DNA from: Chthonomonadales bacterium
GTDB taxonomy: Bacteria > Armatimonadota > Chthonomonadetes > Chthonomonadales > Chthonomonadaceae
Assembly (NCBI GenBank): GCA_038217285.1
Contig: JBBQPO010000017.1
Span: 1-41,694, forward strand
Length of the DNA stretch: 41,694 nt
Reading direction: 5' to 3'
The position numbers and the translations under genes are program-made. Positions 9,586 to 19,193 of this stretch are shown in pieces. The notes below the pieces were generated by a model. That model searched no databases. It was not told the DNA's origin and saw only the letters and a program-made list of their open reading frames with translations. Numbering within the stretch: the first letter of the stretch is position 1; the number at the start of each line of letters is the position of its first letter.

Positions 9586-10496
9586 CCGATTCGGCGTATC
9601 CAGAAGCTGCCGCCCCAGTCGTTTTTCGGCTTGTAGGAGGAGAACGCCGCCCGCACGAGATCCGGATGGTGCAGGTGCATATAGTGGCGTCCCCACAGGA
9701 CCTCGTATTTGTCGTTATGCGTCAGAAACGCCTGAAGAATATACTGCTCGGTAAAGAACATCCGGTCCTGCATGACGAGTTGCGCCGGATATTCGGCGGG
9801 CAGGCAGATATCGTGGATCTGGGTGATGACACCCTTCGCCATCCGGGGCAGAACCTCCACAAACTCGTACCAGACGTCGCTGCCGGTCTTGAGGATGTGG
9901 CTGGAATCGATAAACAGGATATCGTTCTCGCCCAACTTCTCGAACTCCGCCATCGGCACCTTCTGGACCGGCAGTTCGATAAGGCGGGAGAGGCCTGGAA
10001 AGCCGGTCTTCAGATAGTCCTTGGGATACGGCTCGATGGCGATGAGTTCGCAGGGGTGGCCTTCTTCGGCGTTCTTCAGCACCGCCTTGGCAGCGAGACG
10101 GGTGGAAAAGCCGGAGCCGATCTCCATGATGCGCTTGGGCTTGAAGTGCCGGATCATACAGTAGTAGATCTCCGCATCGACCGGCCCGAACATCTCGTTG
10201 TTCATATAGAAATCCGTGGGAACTCCCGTCGGATCTCGGGGCAGGGCCTCATACTCTTTCCGGTAGTCGGTTGCGAAGGTATCCAGCAGCGCAATCTGAC
10301 CGGATTCATTCATCGAGGCGCCAACCATCTTCGTCTCGGTCGTGAAAAATTCGGGAGGAAGAGTCGAGGTATCCGGAACGGGATGGTAGAAATGGTTGGG
10401 TACGATATGGATGCCAAGCTTTTGCCAGAACCCGAAGGTGGTGCGGGTAAACGCGCGAACGAGACGGAACTGTATCTTGGAGAGAGTAGGATGCAT
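9582..10496 (-). CDS. Class I SAM-dependent methyltransferase (Methyltransf_24-like)
   Basis: HFYHPVPD, KPKRIMEIGSGFST, AIEPYP, DILFIDSSH..K.GSDV, IHDI..P.EYP and GGSFWI. Confidence 0.88.
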   Translation of the reverse strand: MHPTLSKIQFRLVRAFTRTTFGFWQKLGIHIVPNHFYHPVPDTSTLPPEFFTTETKMVGASMNESGQIALLDTFATDYRKEYEALPRDPTGVPTDFYMNNEMFGPVDAEIYYCMIRHFKPKRIMEIGSGFSTRLAAKAVLKNAEEGHPCELIAIEPYPKDYLKTGFPGLSRLIELPVQKVPMAEFEKLGENDILFIDSSHILKTGSDVWYEFVEVLPRMAKGVITQIHDICLPAEYPAQLVMQDRMFFTEQYILQAFLTHNDKYEVLWGRHYMHLHHPDLVRAAFSSYKPKNDWGGSFWIRRIG

Positions 10497-10559
10497 GCAG
10501 GAGTCCTTTGGTGAAGTGTTGGCAAACGGCGTCTGGCCGAGGGCTTGACCGTGGGCACA

Positions 10560-10588
10560 ATTGTAACACAACGCGGCACAACTGTCAA
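10560..10588 (-). promoter_or_regulatory. Sigma70-type promoter for the minus-strand methyltransferase
   Basis: Minus strand TTGACA-N17-TACAAT, with TG just upstream of the -10. Confidence 0.75.
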
Positions 10589-10656
10589 TTGACTGACGAG
10601 CAGTTTATCGCACCCGTTTCCAATAATTACTATCTATTACCTTATCGAGGGATCTG

Positions 10657-11802
10657 ATGAAAATCCTGTTCGTCCACCCGGCCATCCGAATATATCATGA
10701 GCCGTTGTTCAACCGTCTCGGCGCTTACGGCGTTGAGTTTCTCTTCAGCGCGGTCAACGCCCCACAGACACACATGGGAATCGAAACCGCGCAGGTGCTC
10801 GCTCGCTTTACGCATCCTTACCGACAGGCGAAAGAGATACAACGCCTGCCGTTTGGAAACCTCTCGTTCGACCTGTGGCGTGTCTTTCGTTACGACGTGG
10901 TGATGTTTTCGTTCCTCACCTCGATTCCGTTCCTCCTATGCGCTCTGCCGCTGAAGCTCCTCGGCAAAAAGGTGGTGCTCTTCGACGAGACGTGGCGCTA
11001 TCCCTACGATGTGAAGCGTTACAAGCCATTTCTGCCGCTGGTGCGGTTTCTGGTCCGTAGATGCGTCACGTCGTTCGTGGTCGCAAGCAGCAACTCCAAG
11101 ACCATGTTTACGCAGGAATTTCAGGTTCCTCCCGAGAACATATCCGTTGCCTATCATTCCACCGTGGATTTTGGCGCGTTGCCGCGCGATCCGGCCACGA
11201 TGGCGCAGATCGGACAGCGTATCCGAGACGTCAGCCACGGGCGTCCGGTCGTTCTCTACCTCGCCCGGATCGTCGAGTACAAAGGTCTCGATGTTCTGAT
11301 CCGCGCCCTCGCGTTACTGCCAGAGCCTGCCTGCCTGGTCGTTGTGGGCGGCGGTCCCTTTCAGGAGGAGTGCGAGAAGCTGGTATTCGAACTGAATCTC
11401 GAGAACCGTGTACATTTTCTGGGAAGCTGCCGGTCCGATGAATCGCTTTACTATCATCTGAATACCGACATTTTCGTCCTTCCGTCGCGTTTCATGCCCG
11501 GCGACATCGTCAACTGCGAGATGTGGGGCAACACCGTCAACGAAGCGATGAGCCTGGAGGTGCCGACCGTGCTGACGGACGCCGTGGGCGCATCGGCAGA
11601 CGTTATCGAAGACGGGATCTCCGGAATGCAGGCGCGGCAGGGCGATCCGGAAAGCCTGGCGGCAAAACTGGCCTTTCTGCTGGAGGACGATGTCCGGCGC
11701 AAGGCGATCGGTAAGAGAGGCCGCATAGCCTTGTTGGAAAAATGTAACTACGACCAGAATTTCGGCGCTCTCGAACAGGCTCTCCATCGGGCGAGCCGAT
11801 GA
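10657..11802 (+). CDS. Glycosyltransferase family 4
   Basis: LYLARIVEYKGLDVLIRA, DIFVLPS and E.WG...NEAM. GAGG RBS. Confidence 0.92.
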   Translation: MKILFVHPAIRIYHEPLFNRLGAYGVEFLFSAVNAPQTHMGIETAQVLARFTHPYRQAKEIQRLPFGNLSFDLWRVFRYDVVMFSFLTSIPFLLCALPLKLLGKKVVLFDETWRYPYDVKRYKPFLPLVRFLVRRCVTSFVVASSNSKTMFTQEFQVPPENISVAYHSTVDFGALPRDPATMAQIGQRIRDVSHGRPVVLYLARIVEYKGLDVLIRALALLPEPACLVVVGGGPFQEECEKLVFELNLENRVHFLGSCRSDESLYYHLNTDIFVLPSRFMPGDIVNCEMWGNTVNEAMSLEVPTVLTDAVGASADVIEDGISGMQARQGDPESLAAKLAFLLEDDVRRKAIGKRGRIALLEKCNYDQNFGALEQALHRASR

Positions 11803-12935
11803 TCAAAGTCGTTCATATCATCACGGGACTCTCGGTCGGCGGCGCGGAAAACATGCTGTTCAAGCTGGTGGCGCGTATGGATCGAACCGAATTCGCTCCA
11901 GAAGTCATCTCACTCTCCGGAATCGGTCCCGTCGGGGCGATGATGCGCGAGGTGGGCATTCCCGTCCGCGCACTGGAGATGCGCCCGAACCTTCCCAACC
12001 CGGCCCTGGTGCTGCAACTGGCGCGGTGGCTTCGGCAGAGTCGGCCCCAGGTCGTTCAGACCTGGCTGCACCATGCCGACCTCCTTGGTGGCATCGCGGC
12101 TCGAATGGCCGGGCGAATCCCCCTGGCATGGAACATTCGGCATAGCAATCTCGACCCTGCCACGATCAAACGTCAGACAATTTTGATTGGTCGCGCCTGC
12201 GCCCGACTGTCGCATACGCTGCCGCAACGCATCGTCTGCTGCTCCGAAGCAGGCCGTGAGGAGCACGCCCGCCTGGGCTACGACGCCGACAAACTGTTGG
12301 TGATTCCCAACGGCTTCGATCTCACCGCCTATCAGCCGAGTAATATCGCGCGGCACACCGTTCGCACTGAGCTTGGAATTCCGGGGGATGCCCCCTTGAT
12401 CGGTCTGATAGGGCGATTCCATCCGATGAAAGATCATGCGACGTTTATACAGGCCGCGGCGCTCTTACACAGGCAGAGGCCGGACGTGCATTTTCTCTGC
12501 TGCGGCGAAGAGATTACCTGGCAGAATGAGGCGCTGGCAAGCCGGATCCGGGAGGCGAATTTGTCGGACCGGTTCCATCTGCTCGGGCAGCGCGGCGATA
12601 TGCCGCAGATCGCCGCCGCCCTGAGTATAGGGACGCTCTGCTCCCTCTATGGAGAAGGTTTTCCCAACGTGATCGGAGAGGCGATGGCCTGCGGGGTTCC
12701 GTGCGTCGTCACCGATGTCGGCGATTCCGCCACTATTATCGGGGAGACAGGACGGGTGGTTCCGCTCCGCGCGCCGGAAGCCCTGAGCGCCGCGTGGAAG
12801 AATCTTCTGGACCGCGCTCCGGCAGCCGTGGAACGCGGCGCGGTCGCAGCCCGACAGCGCGTGGAGACCCTCTTCGCGCTCGATGCGGTCGTAGGTCGCT
12901 ACCAACAAATGTACAAGGAGTTGATTCGTGCCTGA
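11799..12935 (+). CDS. Glycosyltransferase family 4 (WbnK-like)
   Basis: HIITGL.VGGAE, IPNGFD, GRFHPMKDH and EGFPNVIGEAMACGVPCV. Confidence 0.93.
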   Translation: MIKVVHIITGLSVGGAENMLFKLVARMDRTEFAPEVISLSGIGPVGAMMREVGIPVRALEMRPNLPNPALVLQLARWLRQSRPQVVQTWLHHADLLGGIAARMAGRIPLAWNIRHSNLDPATIKRQTILIGRACARLSHTLPQRIVCCSEAGREEHARLGYDADKLLVIPNGFDLTAYQPSNIARHTVRTELGIPGDAPLIGLIGRFHPMKDHATFIQAAALLHRQRPDVHFLCCGEEITWQNEALASRIREANLSDRFHLLGQRGDMPQIAAALSIGTLCSLYGEGFPNVIGEAMACGVPCVVTDVGDSATIIGETGRVVPLRAPEALSAAWKNLLDRAPAAVERGAVAARQRVETLFALDAVVGRYQQMYKELIRA

Positions 12936-13758
12936 AAACGCAGATAAAGAGGTCATCGAGGGATTTGGGGATGAATGGACCCGATTCGACCAGTCGGAGC
13001 TGAGTCCCGCAGACCGAGAAGCGATGTTCAACGAATATTTCGCCGTCTTTCCGTGGCACCTTCTGCCTCCAAACGCTTCGGGGTTCGACATGGGTTGCGG
13101 CAGCGGGCGGTGGGCCACACTGGTCGCTCCAAAAGTCGGAGAACTCCACTGCATCGATCCCAGCGAAGGCGCTCTGAACGTCGCGAAGCGAAATCTGGCA
13201 CCCTATTCCAACTGCCGTTTCCATCTCGCGGGCGTCGACGCCATCCCATTGCCGGATGCGAGCCTCGATTTCGGCTATTCTCTGGGGGTGCTGCACCACA
13301 TCCCCGACACGGAAGCCGGCCTGAAGGCCTGTGTGGCGAAACTGAAGCCCGGCGCTCCGTTTCTCGTCTATCTCTACTATGCGTTCGACAATCGCCCCGG
13401 CTGGTTTCGCCTGCTTTGGCGCGCGACAGAGGCCGCTCGTTTTCTGCTGTCCAGGTCGCCCTACCCGCTGCGTTTCGCGATCAGTCAGGTCATCGCGGCG
13501 ACCGTCTACTGGCCTCTGGCGCGGCTGGCACGATTGGCCGAAAGGAGGGGACGTCGTGTTGACACCTATCCGCTGGCCTACTATCGGGATCGCGCCTTCT
13601 ATGTCATGCGGACAGACGCCTTAGATCGGTTCGGGACGCGATTGGAGAAGCGATTTACGCGCAGACAGATCGAAGCGATGATGACGGCGGCCGGATTGCG
13701 CGACATCACGTTTAGCGATCATCCGCCCCACTGGTGCGCTTCCGGGGTCAAACGCTAG
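12928..13758 (+). CDS. Class I SAM-dependent methyltransferase
   Basis: FGDEW.RFDQ, GFDMGCGSGRWA, DFGYSLGVLHHIPD and LKPG. Confidence 0.92.
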   Translation: MPENADKEVIEGFGDEWTRFDQSELSPADREAMFNEYFAVFPWHLLPPNASGFDMGCGSGRWATLVAPKVGELHCIDPSEGALNVAKRNLAPYSNCRFHLAGVDAIPLPDASLDFGYSLGVLHHIPDTEAGLKACVAKLKPGAPFLVYLYYAFDNRPGWFRLLWRATEAARFLLSRSPYPLRFAISQVIAATVYWPLARLARLAERRGRRVDTYPLAYYRDRAFYVMRTDALDRFGTRLEKRFTRRQIEAMMTAAGLRDITFSDHPPHWCASGVKR

Positions 13759-13774
13759 ACCTTTGAAAGGTGAA

Positions 13775-13802
13775 TGAACTGCCTTGTTGTTGGCTTCGTC
13801 TA
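13775..13802 (+). promoter_or_regulatory. Candidate ECF-sigma promoter
   Basis: TGAACT-N16-CGTCTA in the intergenic gap ~65 nt upstream of the GT4 gene at 13866. Confidence 0.6.
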
Positions 13803-13865
13803 TATGTCAGACGGCTATTGCGGCCATCGAAGTCCCACTGTACGGTAAGACGAAGCAAGAAAAAA

Positions 13866-15014
13866 ATGATAAAGGTCGTTCATATCATCACCGGTCTGAC
13901 GGTGGGCGGCGCGGAAAGCATGTTGTGCAAGCTGGTAACGCGTCTGAACAGCCCGGAGGTGACTCACGAGGTTGTCTCCCTGAGTCAGATCGGTCCCCTC
14001 GGTGAGCGGATGCAGCGAGCCGGTATCCCCGTCTATGCGCTCGGGATGCAGCCGGGTCGCCCGGATCCCCGCGCGATCCTTAAACTGGCGCGGTGGCTAC
14101 GGGAGAGGCAGCCGAACCTGATCCTCACCTGGCTCTATCACGCCGATATGGTTGGCGGCATCGCAAACAAAATGGCAGGCAATTTTCCGCTCGCGTGGAA
14201 TATCCGGCGAAGTTACCTGGATCGAGCGACTCTAAAACGGTCGACGTATATGCTCGGCAGAATGTGTTCCAGGCTCTCGCACTATCTCCCGGAGCGAATC
14301 CTCTGTTGCTCGCAGGCTGGCCTGGAAGAGCATCTGCGCCTGGGGTATGATTCGACGAAGATGGAGGTCATACCCAACGGGTTCGACACCGAGACTTTTC
14401 GGCCGGACTTTTCGGCTCGAAAAGCGGTGCGAGAGGAGCTTGGCCTGCCGATGGACGCAATTCTGATCGGAATGATGGGGCGATTCCACAGGATGAAAGA
14501 CCATCGCAATCTCGTTCAGGCCGCGACCCTGCTCCACCGGACTCATCCAGAGGTACACTTCGTCTGCGCCGGTGCCGGTGTGAACTGGCAGAACGTCGAA
14601 CTGGCCCACTGGATTCGCGATGCCGATCTCTGCGATAATTTTCATCTTCTGGGTCCCCGTAACGACATTCCAACGCTAACGGCCAGTCTCGATATTGCGA
14701 CCTTGAGTTCGCAGTATGGGGAAGGCTTTCCCAATGTGGTAGGCGAGGCGATGGCGTGCGGCGTCCCGTGTGTCGTCACCAATGTGGGCGATTCGGCGTA
14801 TATTGTCGGAGAGACAGGCTTCGTCGTTCCGCCACGATCCCCCATCGCGCTGCGGTCCGGTTGGCAAAGGGCGCTGGCTCTCTCTCCTTCAGCCCGCCGC
14901 GACCTCGGAGCGCAGGCACGTCAGCGTGTTCATGCCGAATTTGCGCTCGATACGGTGATCGACCGCTACGAGCAGTTTTTTGGAGAGATGGTGCGTGCCC
15001 CGATCCTCCGATAG
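13866..15014 (+). CDS. Glycosyltransferase family 4 (paralog of 11799-12935)
   Basis: MIKVVHIITGL.VGGAE start and the same motif set as the upstream paralog. Confidence 0.93.
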   Translation: MIKVVHIITGLTVGGAESMLCKLVTRLNSPEVTHEVVSLSQIGPLGERMQRAGIPVYALGMQPGRPDPRAILKLARWLRERQPNLILTWLYHADMVGGIANKMAGNFPLAWNIRRSYLDRATLKRSTYMLGRMCSRLSHYLPERILCCSQAGLEEHLRLGYDSTKMEVIPNGFDTETFRPDFSARKAVREELGLPMDAILIGMMGRFHRMKDHRNLVQAATLLHRTHPEVHFVCAGAGVNWQNVELAHWIRDADLCDNFHLLGPRNDIPTLTASLDIATLSSQYGEGFPNVVGEAMACGVPCVVTNVGDSAYIVGETGFVVPPRSPIALRSGWQRALALSPSARRDLGAQARQRVHAEFALDTVIDRYEQFFGEMVRAPILR

Positions 15015-15118
15015 AGCGACCATGATTATGCAACGTTTCCTGTGGGACGCCTCTGCCGCCCCCCACTGCATCTTCCCCTCTATTGTAACGATCACAACCG
15101 GAAGGGAACCCAGGACCG

Positions 15119-17092
15119 ATGTGTGGATTGACAGGATTTTTAGATACGACGGCAAGTTTGGACTGCGATGCCCAGCGTACCATCGTTCTCCGTATGGCGT
15201 CCAGGATGCTCCATCGCGGTCCGGACGATGGCGGCGAATGGACCGACGAGAAGACGGGAATCGCGCTCGGGTTCCGGCGTCTCGCTATTGTCGATCTCTC
15301 TCCTGCCGGACACCAGCCGATGATCTCCGCATCGGGCCGGTTTGTCATGGCGTTCAATGGAGAAGTCTACAATTTTGGCGCGATCCGGAGTGAGCTTGAG
15401 GCCGCAGGCCTCGCCCCGGAGTTCCGCGGCGGTTCGGATACGGAGGTCATGCTGGCGGCATTCGAGGCGTGGGGCCTCGAAAAGGCGGTACAGCGTTTTG
15501 TCGGAATGTTTGCCATCGCACTATGGGACCGGGAAAACCGGACGCTGCATCTGGTGCGCGACCGCCTGGGCGTGAAGCCGATGTACTACGGCTGGGCGGG
15601 TAAGACGCTGCTGTTCGGCTCGGAACTCAAGGCGCTGCGGGCTCATCCGGGTTTCGACGGCAAAATTGATCGTGACGCCCTGGCGCTCATGCTGCGCTAC
15701 GACTATATCCCCGCGCCGTACAGCATCTATCGCGGTTTCTACAAACTTCCCGCAGGCTCCATTCTCACCCTGAACGCAGACGGCAAGCCGCCGGAAGCTC
15801 CGGTCGCCTACTGGAGCGCGAAATCCGTGGCGGAGGCTGGCGTCCGAACGCCCTTTGGCGGCTCGGACGCGGACGCCATCGCGCATCTGGACGGTCTGCT
15901 GCGCGACTCCATCGGGCTGCGCATGATCGCCGATGTTCCTCTGGGGGTCTTTCTTTCGGGAGGAGTCGATTCGTCTGTCGTCGTCGCCCTCATGCAGGCC
16001 CAGAGCAACCGTCCGGTGAAGACGTTTACGATTGGTTTCCGCGAAGAGAGTTACAACGAAGCCCATCATGCGCGCGCCGTGGCACAACATCTGGGCACCG
16101 ATCATACGGAGCTGATCGTCTCTCCCGAAGAAGCGATGGCCGTAATTCCGCGCCTCCCCACCCTTTACGATGAGCCGTTCGCGGATCCCTCGCAGATTCC
16201 GACCTTTCTGGTTTCCCAACTCGCCCGCAAATCTGTCACGGTCAGCCTCTCCGGGGACGGCGGCGATGAGCTGTTCGGCGGCTACAACCGTTACTTCTGG
16301 GGGCGCAGCCTTTGGAAGCGAATGGGCAATATACCTCGCTCGGTTCGAGGTATAGGCGCTGGGCTGATGAATGCGCTGCCGCCGGCGGCATGGGACTCCC
16401 TCTTTCGCCTGGCGGGCCCCCTGCTCCCTTCCGGCGCGAGGCAGCGCAATCCCGGCGATAAAGTTGCCAAACTAGCCGAGATCATGGGTGCGGACGGGCC
16501 GGATGCCCTCTACCTGGCGCTGGTGTCCCATTGGAAACAGCCGACACAACTTGTCGCGGGCTCGCAGGAGCCGCTCACGCCGTTCACCGACCGCACCCGG
16601 TGGGCCGATCTTCCCGACTTCACGCAGCGCATGATGTTCCTCGACACGGTCTCTTACCTGCCGGACGACATTCTGGTCAAGGTGGATCGGGCCAGCATGG
16701 GCGTGAGTCTGGAAGCCCGCGAGCCGCTCCTCGACCATCGCATAATGGAGTTCGCGTGGCAACTGCCGATGGAGATGAAGATCCGGGATGGGCAGGGCAA
16801 ATGGCTGCTGCGTCAGGTACTCTACAAATACGTGCCACAGACATTGATCGAACGGCCTAAAACGGGGTTTGGTGTCCCCATCGACGAATGGCTCCGCGGA
16901 CCGCTGCGAGACTGGGCTGAATCCCTACTCGCAGAGAGTTCTCTCAAGCGTCAGGGAGTTTTCAACCCACCGCCGATTCGCAAAAAGTGGGCAGAGCACC
17001 TGTCCGGCAGGCATAACTGGCAGTACTACCTCTGGAACGTGCTGATGGTGCAGGCCTGGCTGGAAGAAGAGGCGACAGGCGGTACGGCCTGA
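15119..17092 (+). CDS. asnB: Asparagine synthase (glutamine-hydrolysing) family amidotransferase
   Basis: N-terminal MCG, HRGPD, RRLAIVDLS..GHQPM, FNGEVYN, LSGGVDSS, SGDGGDELFGGY and KVDRASM. Confidence 0.95.
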   Translation: MCGLTGFLDTTASLDCDAQRTIVLRMASRMLHRGPDDGGEWTDEKTGIALGFRRLAIVDLSPAGHQPMISASGRFVMAFNGEVYNFGAIRSELEAAGLAPEFRGGSDTEVMLAAFEAWGLEKAVQRFVGMFAIALWDRENRTLHLVRDRLGVKPMYYGWAGKTLLFGSELKALRAHPGFDGKIDRDALALMLRYDYIPAPYSIYRGFYKLPAGSILTLNADGKPPEAPVAYWSAKSVAEAGVRTPFGGSDADAIAHLDGLLRDSIGLRMIADVPLGVFLSGGVDSSVVVALMQAQSNRPVKTFTIGFREESYNEAHHARAVAQHLGTDHTELIVSPEEAMAVIPRLPTLYDEPFADPSQIPTFLVSQLARKSVTVSLSGDGGDELFGGYNRYFWGRSLWKRMGNIPRSVRGIGAGLMNALPPAAWDSLFRLAGPLLPSGARQRNPGDKVAKLAEIMGADGPDALYLALVSHWKQPTQLVAGSQEPLTPFTDRTRWADLPDFTQRMMFLDTVSYLPDDILVKVDRASMGVSLEAREPLLDHRIMEFAWQLPMEMKIRDGQGKWLLRQVLYKYVPQTLIERPKTGFGVPIDEWLRGPLRDWAESLLAESSLKRQGVFNPPPIRKKWAEHLSGRHNWQYYLWNVLMVQAWLEEEATGGTA

Positions 17093-17224
17093 AGTGATAC
17101 GTGAAGGACAGGAATTTTGATGGACAGCCGCTTTACGTCCGAGAGACAGTCTACGTGAAATCACTCTGGTGGATCTGAACCATTGCCGTAGGGTTTACTT
17201 TGCCTATATAACGTGCTAGAATAC

Positions 17225-17779
17225 CTACCTCTGCTGGCCGGTCAGGGCAGGTGGCGTCCGTTCGGGTGTGCGATGCACAGGGGCGGGAAGACCGACGCTA
17301 TAAGGGGGCCCAGGGGAGGCAACCGCAGTTCCCAGCACATCACGCACCGGTACTGGCCCAAAAAAGCGGCTGTCCTCGGATACGCGCAGATTATCGCCGA
17401 TCACGACGATATAGCCTTGCGGCACAATGTAATGGATGCGTCCGGCCCGTTTGACGTGTTCGTAGTAGTCGCCTAAATTCATTGTCAGCGTCATCGGAAG
17501 GACATACGGGAAGGTATCATCGATCTCCTCACCTTCCAGCCGAAAGACCCTTTTGATGATAACATCGCGATCCTTCCGCAGCAGCACCACATCGTTGTGG
17601 TGCAGAGGCGGACTGTAACCGTGGCGGCGGCTTACCAATACGATCTGCCCGTCTGTGTAGGTCGGAGTCATGGACTCTCCGCGAACGACTCCCATGCGAA
17701 ACAGCACGAGAAACACAAGGACCATCAGCAGAAAAATTCCGATGAGCACGGACTGACGGCGCGGTGCGCGATGAAGCAT
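17225..17779 (-). CDS. lepB: Signal peptidase I (S26)
   Basis: N-terminal TM helix, GESMTPT (catalytic Ser), IKRV (Lys) and GDN...S.DSR.FG. Confidence 0.88.
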   Translation of the reverse strand: MLHRAPRRQSVLIGIFLLMVLVFLVLFRMGVVRGESMTPTYTDGQIVLVSRRHGYSPPLHHNDVVLLRKDRDVIIKRVFRLEGEEIDDTFPYVLPMTLTMNLGDYYEHVKRAGRIHYIVPQGYIVVIGDNLRVSEDSRFFGPVPVRDVLGTAVASPGPPYSVGLPAPVHRTPERTPPALTGQQR

Positions 17780-17853
17780 GGATGAAACTCCCTGGTCTCT
17801 GTGGAATGACTGTCTTGGCGGTGAGTATACCCGACCCTGGAAGAAGAGGCATT

Positions 17854-18357
17854 TTGTTCGAAAACGTTGTGCATAGTCTACGCGGGGGTGACACCCTGGC
17901 GACCCTGACGCTCCTATTGACGGGTCTGATGCTGTTGCTCCTGTTCGGCTGGCTAGCCCTGCTGGTACGTTTGCATCGGTTGCAGCGCCGTATCCACGGC
18001 ATGACCCGAGGAATCGAAGGCAACCTCGAGGAGATGCTCCGACAGCATCTCGATACCGTTCAGGAGACTTCCCGGCGCATGGATGTGCTGGAACAGACCG
18101 TGGCTGTCCTCCAGTCTCAGATGCCTGGCTGCCTCCGGCATGCGCATCTCCTGCGGTATGATGCGTTCGACGACGTGGGCGGCGAACAGAGCTTCTCCCT
18201 CGCCTTACTCGATGCCCAGGGCAGCGGACTGGTCCTTACAAGCGTCTACAGCCGGAGTGACGTGCGTGTCTACGCAAAATCGATCCAAGACGGACGCGCC
18301 AGCCATGCCCTCTCGCAGGAAGAGGAACGTCTATTGCGCGAAGCCATTGCCCGCTGA
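17854..18357 (+). CDS. DUF4446 family membrane protein
   Basis: TM helix plus coiled coil, RYDAF.DVGGEQSFSLALLD, RVYAK.I and LS.EE. Start uncertain (TTG behind AGAGG chosen). Confidence 0.8.
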   Translation: MFENVVHSLRGGDTLATLTLLLTGLMLLLLFGWLALLVRLHRLQRRIHGMTRGIEGNLEEMLRQHLDTVQETSRRMDVLEQTVAVLQSQMPGCLRHAHLLRYDAFDDVGGEQSFSLALLDAQGSGLVLTSVYSRSDVRVYAKSIQDGRASHALSQEEERLLREAIAR

Positions 18358-18435
18358 CATCCGCACGCACCCTTTTTGCACAGACGGAACGTCCCGTGCC
18401 TGCGACTTGCAAACGCAACACCGCCTCGGAAAACT

Positions 18436-19017
18436 ATGGCAGAAATCAACGACAAACTGCTCATCGATCGCTGTAAACGCGGCGACCGTGACGCCTTCGA
18501 CACCCTCGTTCGTACCTACGAAAAGCGCGTCTATAATCTTGCCTACCGTCTTAGCGGCAGCTACGATGAGGCCAGCGACATCAGCGTCGATGCCTTTCTG
18601 AGGGTATTTCAAGCGCTCAAACTGTTTCGAGGCGAGGCCAACTTCTCGACATGGCTCTTCCGCATCGTCACGAACGTCTACCTCGACCGGCGCAAACGCA
18701 CCCGCAACAAACAGCATCTCTCCCTGGAAGAGTATATTGAACTCGACGAGAACAGTGTCGCCCGCCAGGTAGAAGACCCCGGCCCCACGCCCGATGTCAT
18801 CGCCGAGGGGCATGAACGGACAAACATGCTGCAACAGGCCATTGCCGCTCTGCCGGACTACCAGCGCACGATGATTGTTCTGTACCATACGGAGGGTCTG
18901 GCCTATGATGAGATCGCCGAGGTGTTATCTCTGCCGATCGGCACGGTAAAGTCCCGCCTGAATCGCGCCCGCCTGACGCTCCGCGAAAAACTTGAGCCGC
19001 TCAAGGAACTATTCTGA
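18436..19017 (+). CDS. ECF RNA polymerase sigma factor (SigW/RpoE-like)
   Basis: GDRDAFDTLV, F.TWLFRI..N region 2 and Y.EIAEVL.LPIGTVKSRLNRAR region 4. Confidence 0.95.
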   Translation: MAEINDKLLIDRCKRGDRDAFDTLVRTYEKRVYNLAYRLSGSYDEASDISVDAFLRVFQALKLFRGEANFSTWLFRIVTNVYLDRRKRTRNKQHLSLEEYIELDENSVARQVEDPGPTPDVIAEGHERTNMLQQAIAALPDYQRTMIVLYHTEGLAYDEIAEVLSLPIGTVKSRLNRARLTLREKLEPLKELF

Positions 19018-19033
19018 AACAGGTGTCGTCGAA
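19005..19033 (+). promoter_or_regulatory. Candidate ECF promoter for the anti-sigma gene
   Basis: GGAACT-N16-CGTCGAA spanning the sigma stop codon. Confidence 0.6.
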
Positions 19034-19193
19034 AAACAGACGGGAAATAAAAACGTAAGGTTTCCCAGTCTGCAGCGATCGGAAAGACCTTTCCAGGCGC
19101 CGACGACTGTTTCTTTTCCGATCCAACGCCTCGATGGAGGTCTGAGATCGGTCGAGCGCCACGGGCGCTCTCCGAAGTGACGGGACGAACAAC

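Noticed and set aside
10554..10587. GGCACAA(T/C)TGT direct repeat, 21 nt apart, resembling sigma54 -24 boxes
   Set aside because: No TTGC at the -12 position. The repeat overlaps, and is largely explained by, the minus-strand sigma70 promoter.
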